Source: Octopus bimaculoides
Taxonomy: Eukaryota
Direction: 5' to 3'
Assembly: GCF_001194135.2 (NCBI RefSeq)
Contig: NC_068982.1
Coordinates: 137,342,001 to 137,392,798 of the forward strand
DNA: 50,798 nt
Below, one piece after another: positions 1 to 13,380 of the stretch. A program made the position numbers and the translations under genes. Under the pieces are notes generated by a model, which saw only the letters and a program-made list of their open reading frames with translations, was not told where the DNA came from and searched no databases. Position 1 is the stretch's first letter. Every line of letters starts with the position of its first letter.

Positions 1-49
1 CAAGCTGTTCTTGGTGAAACTCTGAAGTCACAGTCACTCTATGTTTCTG

Positions 50-52
<3 letters not shown>

Positions 53-96
<44 letters not shown>

Positions 97-100
97 ATAT
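53..100. repeat. (TA)n microsatellite
   Basis: Visible dinucleotide run. Many others occur, e.g. (TG)n at 32880-32922, (CA)n at 12287-12322, (TA)n at 48873-48900 and 50758-50798. Confidence 0.95.
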
Positions 101-2532
101 AGATGTGTAGGGACATATGTGTAGTTTAGCTCTTGAAGCTATCACTACCTCTGAATGTGACATTTGAAATGAATCAGTTTTATTTATTTCATGATATTAG
201 AGTAACAGTACTTTTTACATTTGTTATGTTTTCTAATTATGAAACATAAGCTACATAAAAGACATTAGAAGAAATTGCTTGCCAAATTCTGAATTATGCT
301 CTAAATTTCTCTGTGTAATCATATTTGATATAGTGGCAGTGCCTTCATAGATTTCCAGCCGATTTCTTTTGCAAGATTTCAAATACTGAGGCCTGACATC
401 ATCTTTAAAAGCTCTGTGCTTACGAAAATTTTCTTTTTAATCTTTTGCTGGATTTCAAAGGTCCCCTGCTATGACGTGTTTCTTTATTGTATGCACTTGA
501 TAGTAAAAATGTTCAATCAGTCATTGATTTTCTGGAAGATGGTCATAGATCTGTCGTTAATGGAAATATTACAAAGAAACCATAACAAACATGTCTTAAA
601 GAAGCACTTCCGTAGTCCAAGTAGTGTTCAAAGTCTTCACTTAACTTCTATTTAACTTTTTGCTTTATTCTCAATGTTCAGTTCTTTGTTCACCTAGATT
701 CTAAATGGTGTGTGTGGGTGTGTGGGTGTGTGGGTGGGTGTGTGTGTGCGCGTGTGCGTGCATGCAAATGTAGCTTATAGTTTTCAATCTAAAATGTGGA
801 TTTTGGGAATTAAAATTAACGCACAAGTAGTAAAGGTGGTTGTGTTAATAAACTTGAAATTTCTACTTAAATACACACACATTGTCCCTGCCCCACTTCA
901 CTCTCTTTCTCTCCCTCTCTCCCCCTCCCCATCTCTCTTTCTTCCACTCTCGTGCTCTCTCTCACACACTTTTTCCTATTCCTATTCACTCTCTCTTCTC
1001 CACTTGCACTCTCTTACTCAAATTATAGTCATCCAATTTAGAGCTTTTTAGTGATAACATCTTTGTTTTTTTTAATGTCTATTATTCTTATTGAGAACAT
1101 TACCATTTGTTTTGAAACAATCTACTAGAGAGCATGTGACATAATTAAGATGCAAAAATTATTTTTTCATATCAAAGTAGTTTATTTCTATTTTTTGTGT
1201 TATACTTATTTATTTATTTTTCTATTTTTATCTATTAATAAACTTTTTTTTCTATGCCAGTATGCTGGCAAGTTTTAGCAATGATTGTAGATATGATGTA
1301 TCATATATTCTGTGTTTATACAGGTGAAGTTAAAAAAACAAAACAATATGTATTGGCTTTTAGCTGTAGCTCTAGATTTCTTTTTCTCTCATGTGTGGAA
1401 AAACGTTTTTGTTTTTTTTATTTTTGCTTCTTTGTCATTATTACGAATAATTATTCTTTCATAATAAACTGTAATATGTTATAATATTTAGGATATTCTA
1501 ATGTGATGTTTTATTCAACAAAACAAGACACCTACTAAGCTCATGCATTCAGTAATTCAGTAACTGATGGTGGACAGCTCTACTGGTTGATGAGATTCAC
1601 TAATAAGTACGGTTGGCTTGTGCCGACCACATTTAAGCTTTAGGCATGAGGAAACAATCCTGTTTACTAACCTTATAATTATAAGCAGACTCTCCATCCT
1701 TATAACAAGTGCGTACTAAACACACACACACACACACACACACACATTTGTATATAATGTACTGTCACAAAAGAAAGAAAAAATTCCTTCAGTGGGGTGT
1801 AAAACATCCAATTCACTGGTACGTCGGTTGAATGCCACAGAAATATGGGTATAAATACAAAATACGAACAATAAATTAGAGAAATACAATTGACAATCTA
1901 ACAACTTATTTATATTATAACATACATACACACACACACACACTTACATACATGTATGCAAGAATAACAATTTGCAGATGAAAATATATTTTATTTTAAT
2001 GTTAATTTGTGTTTGTTTGTTTATTTATTTATTTATTGATATATTTATTTATTTATATATGTATGTGCATATGTATGTATGTATGTCTGTATGTGATGAG
2101 CTGTGTGGTTAGATATTTGCAGTGGTTTGTATATGTGAATATGTGGTTATGAAATTCACTCTGTGGTCAAGCGTTTCTAGATTCAGTCTCACTGCACAGC
2201 ACCATAAGCTCAAGTTGGCCAAAGCTTTCTAAAAGAGACTAACTTGATGGAGAACTGTGCAGAAGCCAGTAATTGTGTGTATGTGTGCGCGCATGTGTGT
2301 GTGTGTAGAATGGAAGAAATTGTGTGAGGAAACTAAAAATTTCTTGTATTTCATTCCTCTCCAATTACACCCATGGTGGCTTAAACTTTCTCTGAATGAA
2401 GCCTATAAAATAAATATTGAGAACGTACTAGAGTTGATGCGGCAGAAATAAGTACCAGGTGATATACTGGGGTTGATATAAACAATTGAAAGCAGTGCTC
2501 CAGCATAGTCGTGGTCCACTGACTGAAATCAG

Positions 2533-2747
2533 TTGCATTTCAATCAGCTATATCAGGCCAAATATTCTATCACTTTTGTGTTCAAACCAGCCAGATCTGG
2601 CCTCCCACACCTACCTGACAATGCCATTCTAAAACTGAACAATCATACCTTTGAAATCTCAAAGCTATTCGATAAAGCATAATTAATTCAAAACAATGTG
2701 AATGAATAAGCATTACATTTGATTAGAGTAACCTGAATGCTAAACGG
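2533..2747 (-). mobile_element. piggyBac-type MITE, second family (reverse copy)
   Basis: Reverse complement aligns to 5351-5570 (ccagatctggcc, gacaatg.cattcta, attaattcaaaacaat). Confidence 0.65.
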
Positions 2748-5350
2748 TTAAAGAAGCTGTATGAATGACTCCAAATATCTCTCTGTAGAATTCATGGTTA
2801 ACATTCTCAACTTCATGCTTCTTTACTTTTCATTGAATTAAGAGCAAATACAATTCAGAATCAATCAAATTAAATTCTTTCCCCTCCAGTTTAAACCTTT
2901 GTCCGTAAACAGCCAAACATAAATATTATTTGGTTACAATTTTTTGTTTTAATTTTCAAACAAAATATATTTCTTTACTACATATTTCATGCAACAACCA
3001 CTGGATTATTGTCTTTAACTGTAGCCACACAATCTACCCATTAGAATATCTATTTCCAAACCACAGTTATCACTACACCTCATTAGAATGCTGCCTTCAC
3101 TAGTCTGCTTCTGTCATTATTATGCACCATAACAACGAAAGCAGCATTGTCTTTGTATTTCACTCTTTCTCTCTCTGAACTCCTATTAGTTGAGAGATTG
3201 GAGTCTATCATTAATATAGCTGCAACAAACAGTATGGCATTACTGCTTCTAAGCACTGTGTTTGGTATAAATTAGTTGTAGATTCTTGTAGTCTCTTAAA
3301 TTTCAAAACGGTCTTGCATTTAACTATTTTTAATTTTAATAAATGCCACATTTCCTTATTTTTCTTTTCTCTTATTAAATATAATGTTCTTGCGGAATTT
3401 ATTATGTTTCAGTTGCTTTCTCTATTTCAAGTTAAATTTATTTGAATTCATTTCAGTATTTCTCATGTTTTAGTCTCTCTCTGTGTACCTGTGTGCATGC
3501 ACACATTTGCGTGTGCATGCACACATTTGCGTATGCATGCATGTGTGTATGCATCATTTTGTCAGTTCATGTTAAATTTATTTTGATATTTTTTCAGTAA
3601 AACATACACACACAAAAAAAGCAATACAGCTTTAAATAAAGTTGAATGATCATTTTATTGATTAACCTTCATGTATTGGTTCCATATTGTCCTTCAAACT
3701 CAATATATTTTGTTTTGTTTTATGCATGTATTTTTGGCTATCATTGCTGCCCTTTTTTTTACCTGACTTCCTGTCCCCCTTTTACCCATTTTCAATGAGT
3801 TGTAGTGCGCCTGTGCATTATAAACAATGATCTCATTATGCTTATATATTATGTAAATATTTATATTTCACTGTTAAAGACATGTATTAGGACACCATAA
3901 AGCCTTATAGCATTTAGGTCCATCGTTTTACACTTTTTCTTTGTTTTTTTTTATTTCTCTTGAGACTTGATAAAATAAGTTCTTATACCACAATGGATAT
4001 TCAATTGAATATAGCATTCCTTAGCAACAAAAATTAACTTTGTGACTCATCATAATCACTTTATGCCTGCTTTCTCTGCTGACAGGGTTTGGTTGGGTCA
4101 TTATGATCCATCCTATTTATCATTGAGAGCAACTGACGCCATAGACCCATGCTACTTTCCGTCCCCCCATTGCCAACCACTTTACACAGAACTGGGTGTA
4201 TTTTCTCATAGCGCCAGCACTGTCGACCTTGTCTTGACCTGTAGAAGGATTACAGGAGGGAAGTGGATGAGGGTGCCTGGTATATTTAGATGTGTAGATC
4301 ATGGGGTGAAATAGTGAAAGGAGCATTGGCAGAAAGGCCGAAAATAGGTAGCTGAGAGGAGGGGCAAGAGTTTGAGTATAAATTAGGATTTGTACATTTA
4401 CTCTGGTGACCTAGGAAGGGAATAGGAGAGAGAGAGAGAGAGATGACATTTGAGAGACCAGAATGAGTGTGTGAAAGGAGCAAGAATGTAATAGAAAAAG
4501 CAAGGTTATTTGGAGTGGAGTAAGGGAGGGAAGTGGTTGGCAATAACAGGTGCACAAAGGTGAGGATGGATGATGACATAAAGACAAGTGTAGATGATAA
4601 GCAGCAATGCAAATGGTCCATGAGAGAGAGACAGAATGATGGTAGGTGTTGGGTGAAGTTTGTGTATTTAGTATTTAAAGTGGCTCTTTAAAGACTATTT
4701 CTTTCTCTCTTGGAAATACTCATCTGTTTTTAATGTTAGTTACAATTCTATTTACAAACACACACACACACACACACACAGCAATAGCTTTTGTTTTGTA
4801 GAGAGTGTTTAATATAATGTAGTAGACCGTATTTATATATCAAATGGAGAAACTTTATATCTATCAGTAAAAAAAAGACCTTCATTTGAAGACCACTTCC
4901 ATCAACTCAGAATATTAAATACATAATGTTGAATTTTTCGAAACAGATCACAAGAGCCTTCCAAATGATTTCTCTCTCAGCATATACTAATTTTACAATG
5001 GTGAAAATATAATGAGTTCAATTCACTCCATTACATTGTATATTACATATTATAACAATATGGTATATTGTATTATTTTTTTTTTCATTTACCCTTAAAG
5101 TCAGTAATAGTCAATAAGTTGTTAAATCCTCTGTTTGAAAGCTTATGTCTGCATGGATAGATACATTCAAATGACATCCTCATGCCTACTGCAATGTTAT
5201 AAGTAAGCTCTCTTGTACAATATCAGCTAAACAGAGCCTTTTGTTGATTGTAAGACACTTATACACAGCAAGGTGAGCTCAACCGTTGACTGTAAAATAC
5301 CCAGTCTAGAGCTACAGTATGGCATTGGTGACAAGCTGCTGATCATTAAA

Positions 5351-5570
5351 CCCTTTTGTATTCAGATTATTCTGTCAAATGTAATGGTTGTTTATCTATA
5401 TTGTTTTGAATTAATCATGCATTATCTTGTAGGATAGAGATTTTGATGATGTGATTGTTTAGTTTTAGAATGACATTGTAGGGTTGAGGTGAGAGGCCAG
5501 ATCTGGTCAGTTTCAATATAAAGCAGGTTAAATATTTTGGCTGGATATGGCTAGTTTGAAAGCTAAAGGG
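5351..5570 (+). mobile_element. piggyBac-type MITE, second family
   Basis: ttaa(a)cccttt...ctaaaggg|ttaa. A reverse-oriented copy lies at about 2533-2747. Confidence 0.7.
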
Positions 5571-8500
5571 TTAAACCTTCAGTTGATAAATTAGATTTTG
5601 GTGCAGACACAAAATGGCCCAAGATTCAAAATAAATTCAGAATCAGTGCCAGTATTTTAAATATTGTAGCAGTACACCTAAATCTATTTCATTTCAGTTA
5701 ATGTAGCATTCCAGATCCTTCTTAGGAAGATAATCTGACATTGCTTATCCATTTAACGTCATAAAAACCAGAGCTGAACTCGGGGTTTTAAAATTCCCTT
5801 GTGTATCAGAAGATATTTGCATTTATCTTTATCAGTTCAGTCAATGAAAATGTTCAAAGTAGAAGAATCTGCTTCTCACAGATATAATAGATAAACTTCT
5901 AGCTTGTGTATGATTATATCTTATGTAACACTACAGACATGTATTACTACTAAAAATATCTCCATCTCTGCAGATTTTGTTAGGTATGTTAACAGTATCA
6001 GGAAAATGATGTGAGTCGTGGGGTTGATTGTTGATCTTTCAAAGGCTTTCTTTTTAAGTGCAATACAACAGCAATTCACTGGACTTTTTGTTGAATTTAG
6101 TTGAATTCAAAAGCTTCGTTAGTGTTGTTTTTTGTTTTTTTCTGTTTTTTTTCCCCAATTATGTCAATACAATCAGTGCGTATAGCTTTTCTTCAATAAA
6201 ATGATTAGAAATGCGGAAACCTTTGTTAGTCATGAATTTGCTTCTAGTTTAGATCAGAGACAACCTATTTGTTTGTTTGTTTTTTTAAATTCATGAATGG
6301 TCAACAGTAGACTAAGGTTGCATGTTTACAAAATAATTTGGAAGTAGGATAAAAATGTCAAAGAAACCCTGATCACTGACTACAAAATTCTTATTTGATC
6401 CAGTTATCAATATTAACAAAACAATTTCAATATAGTCATTATAATCATGTCCATCACTTAGATAATATAGCATATTAGTTAATTATTATTTGGATAATCA
6501 TCTCTTCTTTACTCTATCTTCTTCCTTTGATATCTTTACCTAGGATACCTGAATAGGTTTCTGGTGATTTTATAGAAATATGTTCACATTGGAATCATTT
6601 GTTTCCTTATTTATTTCATTCTCATTAATCCTTTCTGCATCATTATAAATGATTTACATTTTGTATTTTTTTTTCTTCTGCTTCTATAGATATTTATACA
6701 TTGTTTCATATCTTTATTTATCTTAATTATCAAAAATGCATTTTATCAATTACGAAAGCTTGTGGTCTAGTGGTTTAGGTATTGACCTCACAATAAGGTT
6801 GTGGGTTCAATTCCTGGAACTGGCAGTGCATTGAGATTTCAAGCCAGGTATATCATTTCATGTTGCTCAGTCTCTTCAGCTGCAAAATGAGGACTGGCTG
6901 AGCAGGTTCAACTCTCTCTCTCTCTCCCTTAGTACTTGCTACATCCTTGATGTTTCACCGGATCGAGGTTAGTAGAGCCAAGACACTGTTTGTGTTTGCT
7001 TGTGACTACTCAGGCACTTAAAACAATTAGTGAAAGAATGACACTTGCTACCATGTCCTACTCATTTGCAAATAACCATTTTGCTTACTTTTGTCATATT
7101 ATCACATGAGAATTTCCTCTCTTTCTAATGCTTTTGACCCTCAAAATGGTTATGTTTATTGTTAATTATTTTCAACAAGGAATTCAAAACTGTGATTAGG
7201 AAGCAAGCTGCTTATCACACAGCCATGTCTCTGCCTATGATTTATCCAAAGAAGTCTCAAACAGGAAGGATTTAGTTTGGGTCACAGGTTGTTTGGATTA
7301 CTCATCTGATCTGATCTTCAAAATAAGGCAACCATATGAAATATAATTATGTAAAAAAAAAAGAAAAAAGGACATACTTGTTTACAGTGTTTGTATGAGT
7401 TTTTCAATATAATTTTCATGTGCAGTCTTTGATGTCTTTTGTTCTTGTTTGATTGTCAATGGTATTTGCTTCTTCTTCTTCACAGACATGCTAACAGTAA
7501 CAAAATTGATTTTAAAATTTTTTTTTTTTTTTGTAGCAGATAGCATTCATTCATACAAAAGTCATACAGAGTGAATAGACATCATGTGATTCTGCCATGC
7601 TTTTAAATCCCTTGGCCTGTCAGTCATTTTTGTGTGTTAAAACTATTTTAACATTTTTAAAGTGAATGACGGCGATAAAATAACCTGACTGACACAGAGT
7701 ACTTTTGATAACTGCAGACAAAAGATGCAATCACTGCACCAGCTTCACTAAACACCTTCGGTGTGGTGTTTCTCATCTTCTTCTTTTATTTGAATTCACT
7801 TTTCATTATTGTCAACAAAAGAGAAAATGATAGCACTGGTATTATTTTAACATTCAGTTTACACATATTACGGCTGGTTAAATAGTCATGAAACTATGGG
7901 ATCTTGTTTGGTTAATTGATGTTCAGATAATTGTTTGACTGTAATTGGGTTCGTGATTACAGTTAATGATTTAATTGTCGTCATCTCAACAAATCATTCT
8001 ACCACAGACCATTATCCTTATTAAGCATTCATTAAACAATAATCCTCTTTATGTGTGAAACTTCCCAAAGTTTATGAAATACCATGTCATTTCATTCTTT
8101 GAAATCTAAATCTGAACATTTCATCTCCTCATAAATTTGTCTTTCAATGAAAAATAAAAAAAAGACACTCCACACCATACAATATTTTATACAGTAATAA
8201 AATTTATATCCTTTTTCTCAGATCTCTTCTTTCATTGCCCATCTCTCTCTCTTTCTCATTATTATTACATTGTTATATCCAATTAACTTCACCTTTGAAT
8301 CTTCCCAATGTTTTATTATAATATTCAAAATATTATTTTATTGATTCTTCTACGAAAGATTTTACCTCCAAATATACTGACATAAATAATTCATGAATGT
8401 GTAAAATATTTTGAAACATAATAGAATTAGACATTATAGTAAATTAGGAAGTTTTATTCATCTTTTTGTAAACAGTATGAAAAATTTAGCTAACATCCAG

Positions 8501-9276
8501 TCGTTTAGTGGTTTTTAATCACCAAGATTTTGTTCTCTGGCTTAGTATGAGATCTAAAGGTCATTCTTTTTGTTTAATATTTGGAGTATGAAATAGAACC
8601 TTATCTTGTTAGTTGCTCAGTCTGTTTGCTTTCCAAAAGTGTTTCAAATCCTGTACAATACACTAATCATTCATGGTTTGGTCACTCGAACAATTATTTA
8701 CTGTTTCATTGAAAATTTAGAATTTTTTTTTTTTTTTTCAACCTTTAACTTCTGTTATAGCTTATAACCAAAACTTTTTAAAGGATTCCTGTTTTAAGAT
8801 AAACAATGACCCTTCTATCTGTCTCCTCGTTATTATATGTTTTGAATAACAAAAACCGAGTCTGATTTTTGTTTTTGTTTTTGTTTTTTTTTTTTGTGTG
8901 TAATTCAAAAATGTGGAACTGATTTAACTATTACTAACTAAAAGTACTACTAGTTTGTTTACTTGTTTTGTATTGGTTGAATAATATTTATTGTTTCATT
9001 CCTGTCCCCCCCCCCACACACACACACACACAACCTCTGTAATCTTACCTTAATCTATTATCAGTTATTAATGTCCGATAGCAAAAGCAGTCCCTGCAGC
9101 AATAGAAATTGTCTTTCCAAAGAAATTATGCAATATTTACATTTTAAAATATTAATATTTTAATATTAATATAATATTATAATATTGTATTTAATATTAT
9201 AATTATACCATAATATTAAAATAATAGTAATATTAAAAAGAAAGAATGCAGATGCAAACATTTTATTGAAACTTCA

Positions 9277-9314
<38 letters not shown>

Positions 9315-10129
9315 GTTCTGTGTCTTTAGCCCAGTTTCAACAACCTCAAGAAATAATACAAAAAAAAATGCATTCAATTTCTGGTAAAATCTGAAAATAC
9401 AGAGTGTAGCAAAAAAACTCTCATGTTAGCTGTATGAAAATACTATTACCACCTGCACTAGCTTCATTCATGTCACACCATTGGGTGTATAAAATATTGG
9501 CAGAAAAGCTTGTTATATTTTATTCAACCATTTGTGCAGCACCAGTGAAGACAGCCAAGTTGGTTAACAGTGTCTTTTTGTAGTTGACGTGCGAGTGTTT
9601 CTTGCCACAATCTGCATCTTTTGTAAAATGTATAAAACATCAAAATAAATCTATCAGAACTCAAATCTGCAACTACTATAGTTACATATATCTGTTTGTG
9701 TGTAAATGTGTGTCTCTTTTGGGTTTTCAGAATTGCTGTTTCATTCCTTTCAATTCTTTTCTTTTTCTCTCTCTCTCTCTCTCACTCTTTTCTTTCTTTT
9801 CTTTTTTTTTTAACCATTTTGTTTCTTCATTAAAAAACGAAAAAGCTTATTACTCATTATTTTCATTATTTCCTAACTAGAAAAACAATTTCATGCTTGT
9901 GTGGTACAACTTAGATTAATGTAGCTAAGCTTTTACTTGCCGCTTAGTAAACTAGCTTTAAATGCTTGCTCATCAAGTTAACTGCTGACGATGCATTAAT
10001 AACATGGTCCTGCGGACTCCTTCGACTATCTCAGCGGTGTTAATGTTGCTTATAAATTGTAGTCCAGATTAGAAGGACAAAGGCTTCATGCTTTCTAATC
10101 GGAAGTCTTCTTCCTGTGTCCATTTGCAG

Positions 10130-10376
10130 CTTATCATCATTTATCAGTTGTGCACCACGTAGTATTTTTGCTCCATCAGCCACAGAACTGGGGAACAATT
10201 CCAATGCTGGTGCACAGCCCCAACTAGCTAGTCTCAGCACATTTTACCCCAATCCATCAGCCCCTCCAGCCATTGAGGTGACTGCGCCATCTCCCAATGT
10301 TGAAAAAAAATATGCCAGAGTCCTTTATGATTACGCAGCAGCAGATTTAACAGAAATCTCTTTAACAGCTGATGAG
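10130..10376 (+). CDS. SH3GLB1: Endophilin-B (SH3GLB) penultimate coding exon: linker plus N-terminal half of SH3
   Basis: tttgcag|C...GATGAG|gtat. Encodes ...VEKKYARVLYDYAAADLTEISLTADE, matching endophilin-B RKARVLYDYDAANSTELSLLADE (recalled). Entry phase 2, exit phase 0. B1 versus B2 cannot be resolved (probably a single invertebrate endoB). Confidence 0.9.
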
Positions 10377-10624
10377 GTATATTATAAACCTTAACATTTA
10401 TTTCATTGTCAAATATGTTGTTTTTTTTTTTTTTTTTTTTTGTATGATTTTATTTACCCCACTGCTGCTATGTTCAGAAATATTGAAATAGGAATGACTG
10501 TTGTGCTGCTTTCTGTGTTTTCATTTTTCTAACTTTCTTTTTGTTTCAATTCTGATCTGTGGTTGGTGATGGTTGTGTGTGATTTTCTTTTTTTAATTTT
10601 AATTAAATACTCAGTATAACTTTT

Positions 10625-10656
<32 letters not shown>

Positions 10657-11459
10657 GTTTATTTTCTTTTATTTTTGTATTTTTGAACGTGAGATAGTTT
10701 TTGGTTTGCAATGTGTTTTTTTTTTTTTTCATCTTATTTTAAAATCATGCATCAATCGTACATACTTCGATTAACATCAAATACCATTTCTTGTTACGAT
10801 GGTTTAAAGAAATTCATGTTTTCACTATCACCACCACCACAAGAAAAAAGGGAAGAAATTCTAACCTCTGTTATAAACACAAGTGATAAGGAGAGCATAT
10901 TAATTGAAACGTTGCTCCAATAAAAAAAAAAAAATTACCAATTAAGATAAATTTGCAAACAAAACCATTAATAATTCTCATTATCAAAGGTACATTTAGT
11001 TTTATTATATTTCTAATGAAATATTATTATTGCACTGTTTCAACCTTAGTGTTAGGAATAATCACCGAGCTGTTTACCTTTTCAAGTATTTTAAATTTAA
11101 TTTCTTAATTATACATATAAGGCTTTTAGTTTAATGAATCAACATTAGCCTAATACTAATGAATGAATTTATTGCATTTAAAAGGATGGGAAATGATGTT
11201 GAATTTGGTGAGATTGAGACTAATGTTAGGTATTGAATTCAACACAGCTTGTTTCAGCCTTCATCACTGCTGTCACTAATGCATGAGTGTCTGCATGCAC
11301 ATATATATATATATAATGTTAGTGAGTGTGTGTGTGTGTGTGTGTGATTTTAACATCCACTTTTCCATGCTTGCATGGGTTGGATGGACAGTATTGAAGC
11401 AGGCTCTCTACTGCAAGATACTCTTCTTGTTTTTATATATATATATTCTTTTATTTTAT

Positions 11460-11673
11460 TTTACTTGTTTCAGTCGTTTGACTGTGGCCATGCTGGAGTA
11501 CCGCTTTCCGTCACGCAAATCCCCCCCCCCATCGATTTAGTCTTTGTAAGCTTAGTACTTATTCTATCGGTCTCTTTTGCTGAACCGCTAAGTTACGGGA
11601 ACATAAACATACCAGCATCGATTGTCAAGTGATGTTGGGGGCAGGACAAACACGCACATACATACGTACGTAC

Positions 11674-11706
<33 letters not shown>

Positions 11707-11868
11707 CGACAGGTTTCTTTCAGTTTCCATCTACCAAATCCACTCACAAGGCTTTGGTCGGCCCGAGGCTATAGTAGAAGACACTTCCACAAGGTGCCAC
11801 GCAGTGAGACTGAACCTGGATCCATGTGGTTGGTAAGGTAAGCAAGCTACTTACCACACAGCCACTCC
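11460..11868 (-). mobile_element. tRNA-derived SINE family A (CORE-like)
   Basis: Head ggagtggctgtgtggtaag with B-box-like ggttcagtc, ccttgggcaag-like core, central (TA/CA)n, 3' ccagcatggccacagtc...tgaaacaagtaaa. Confidence 0.8.
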
Positions 11869-12283
11869 AGCACCTATGTATAGGTGCTGGATATAGGAGG
11901 TAGTGTCCTGATTGCTAACAACGGATGCAAGTCGTTTATTCCTTCCTCCAGGAATTGTGAACATGACAAAATGTTTCCAAAAGTCATGGGTAGTGTTGTT
12001 TTTGCAAGGTCATAGTTCCCCATGTCCAAACATGTTTGCACAGAATATTGAATATGAACGACTCACTTGCTATTATCATGAGACTTTTCCGTAGCTGCAT
12101 TTTTTTTACGGGGAGCATGCCCCTGCTTACCTCCAACCTCACTTTCTAGGAAGGAGTGGTCCTGAGACCCCTTTCGGAGCCACCACCACCACCACCATAA
12201 TGACATTGCTTATATGATTGAAATACTTGCAACTATTGTGTGATGTTAAGACAAGGAGACACAAACATTCAGTCACATACCTG

Positions 12284-12326
<43 letters not shown>

Positions 12327-13162
12327 GAGACAAGCTACTTTCAGTATTCATCTCCCAAATCCACTCACCAAGCTTTGGTTTGCAAAGGTTTCATGGTTGG
12401 ACCGACTTGCCCCCCCACCCCCACCCCGGCCCCAACCTACCGACTGTGTGGCACTTTGGGCAAGTGTCTTCTGTTATAGCCTTGGGCCAACCAAAGCTCT
12501 GTGAGTTGAGTGGATTTAGCTGACAGAAATTGAAAGAATCAGATTTTATACATACGTGTGTGCGTGTGTGTTTAGCATTACTGCATGACTACTGGTATTG
12601 GTGTGTTTTTACGTCCCCCATAACTTAGTGGTTCAGCAAAAGAAACTGATAACATAAGTACCAGGCTTAAAAAGAAATGTTCTGGGGTTGGTGCATTTGA
12701 CTAAAAATTCTTCCATGTGGTGCCCCAGCATGGCCACAGTCTAATGACTGAATCAAGTAAAGGATAAAAAAAAGTTGCATGAAGAGGGACTGAACCCAAG
12801 ATGACATGGTTGAGAAACAAGCTCCCTGACCATACATTTGTGCCTGCATCTCACTGCCACAGTTGCACTCACAAAGGCACATCTGTGGCTAAACTATAAA
12901 AGAAAACACAGTTTTCTGTTCAGTCTCTCTTTTAAAAGACATAAGTGTGCACACTTTGAGCCACGAAGATGCAAAGACAAACAAGTCCTTGTTGAGAGTC
13001 AAGTATTCTTGTGTTCTTTCCTTATCACAAGCTAAAACCATCTGAGCCATCAAACAGAAAGCCCAATGCTCTCAAACTTTTGGTGTAGTTTGAATTGAAA
13101 ACCACATGAGCTGATCAATTCTGTTCTGAATGTCATCCAATGTAATTTTTGTGTACTATGAA

Positions 13163-13380
13163 GTGGTAAGCTGGCAGAATTGTAAGTGTGTCAGGCAAAA
13201 TGCCTCGTGGCATTTCGTCTGTCTTTACATTCTGAGTAACAATTGCACTGTGGTCGACTTTGCCTTTCATCCTTTTCGGATACAATAAAATGAGTACCAG
13301 TTGATCACTGGAGTCAATATTATCAACTTACACCCATCCCCGAAATTGATGGCCTTGTGCCAAAATGTGAAACCAATATT
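13163..13380 (+). mobile_element. SINE family B
   Basis: agctggcagaa...cgactttgcctttcatcc...gagtaccag...ggccttgtgccaaaa. Confidence 0.75.

Noticed and set aside
710-1051. 113-aa ORF and many similar 60-130 aa ORFs in the track (e.g. 4286-4621, 17364-17771, 26278-26679, 49499-49780)
   Set aside because: Translations of microsatellites, SINE/RTE UTRs or antisense frames, with low-complexity composition and no recognisable domains.
9140-9240. AT-only quasi-palindrome
   Set aside because: Low-complexity (AATATT)n decay; self-complementarity is expected by chance.
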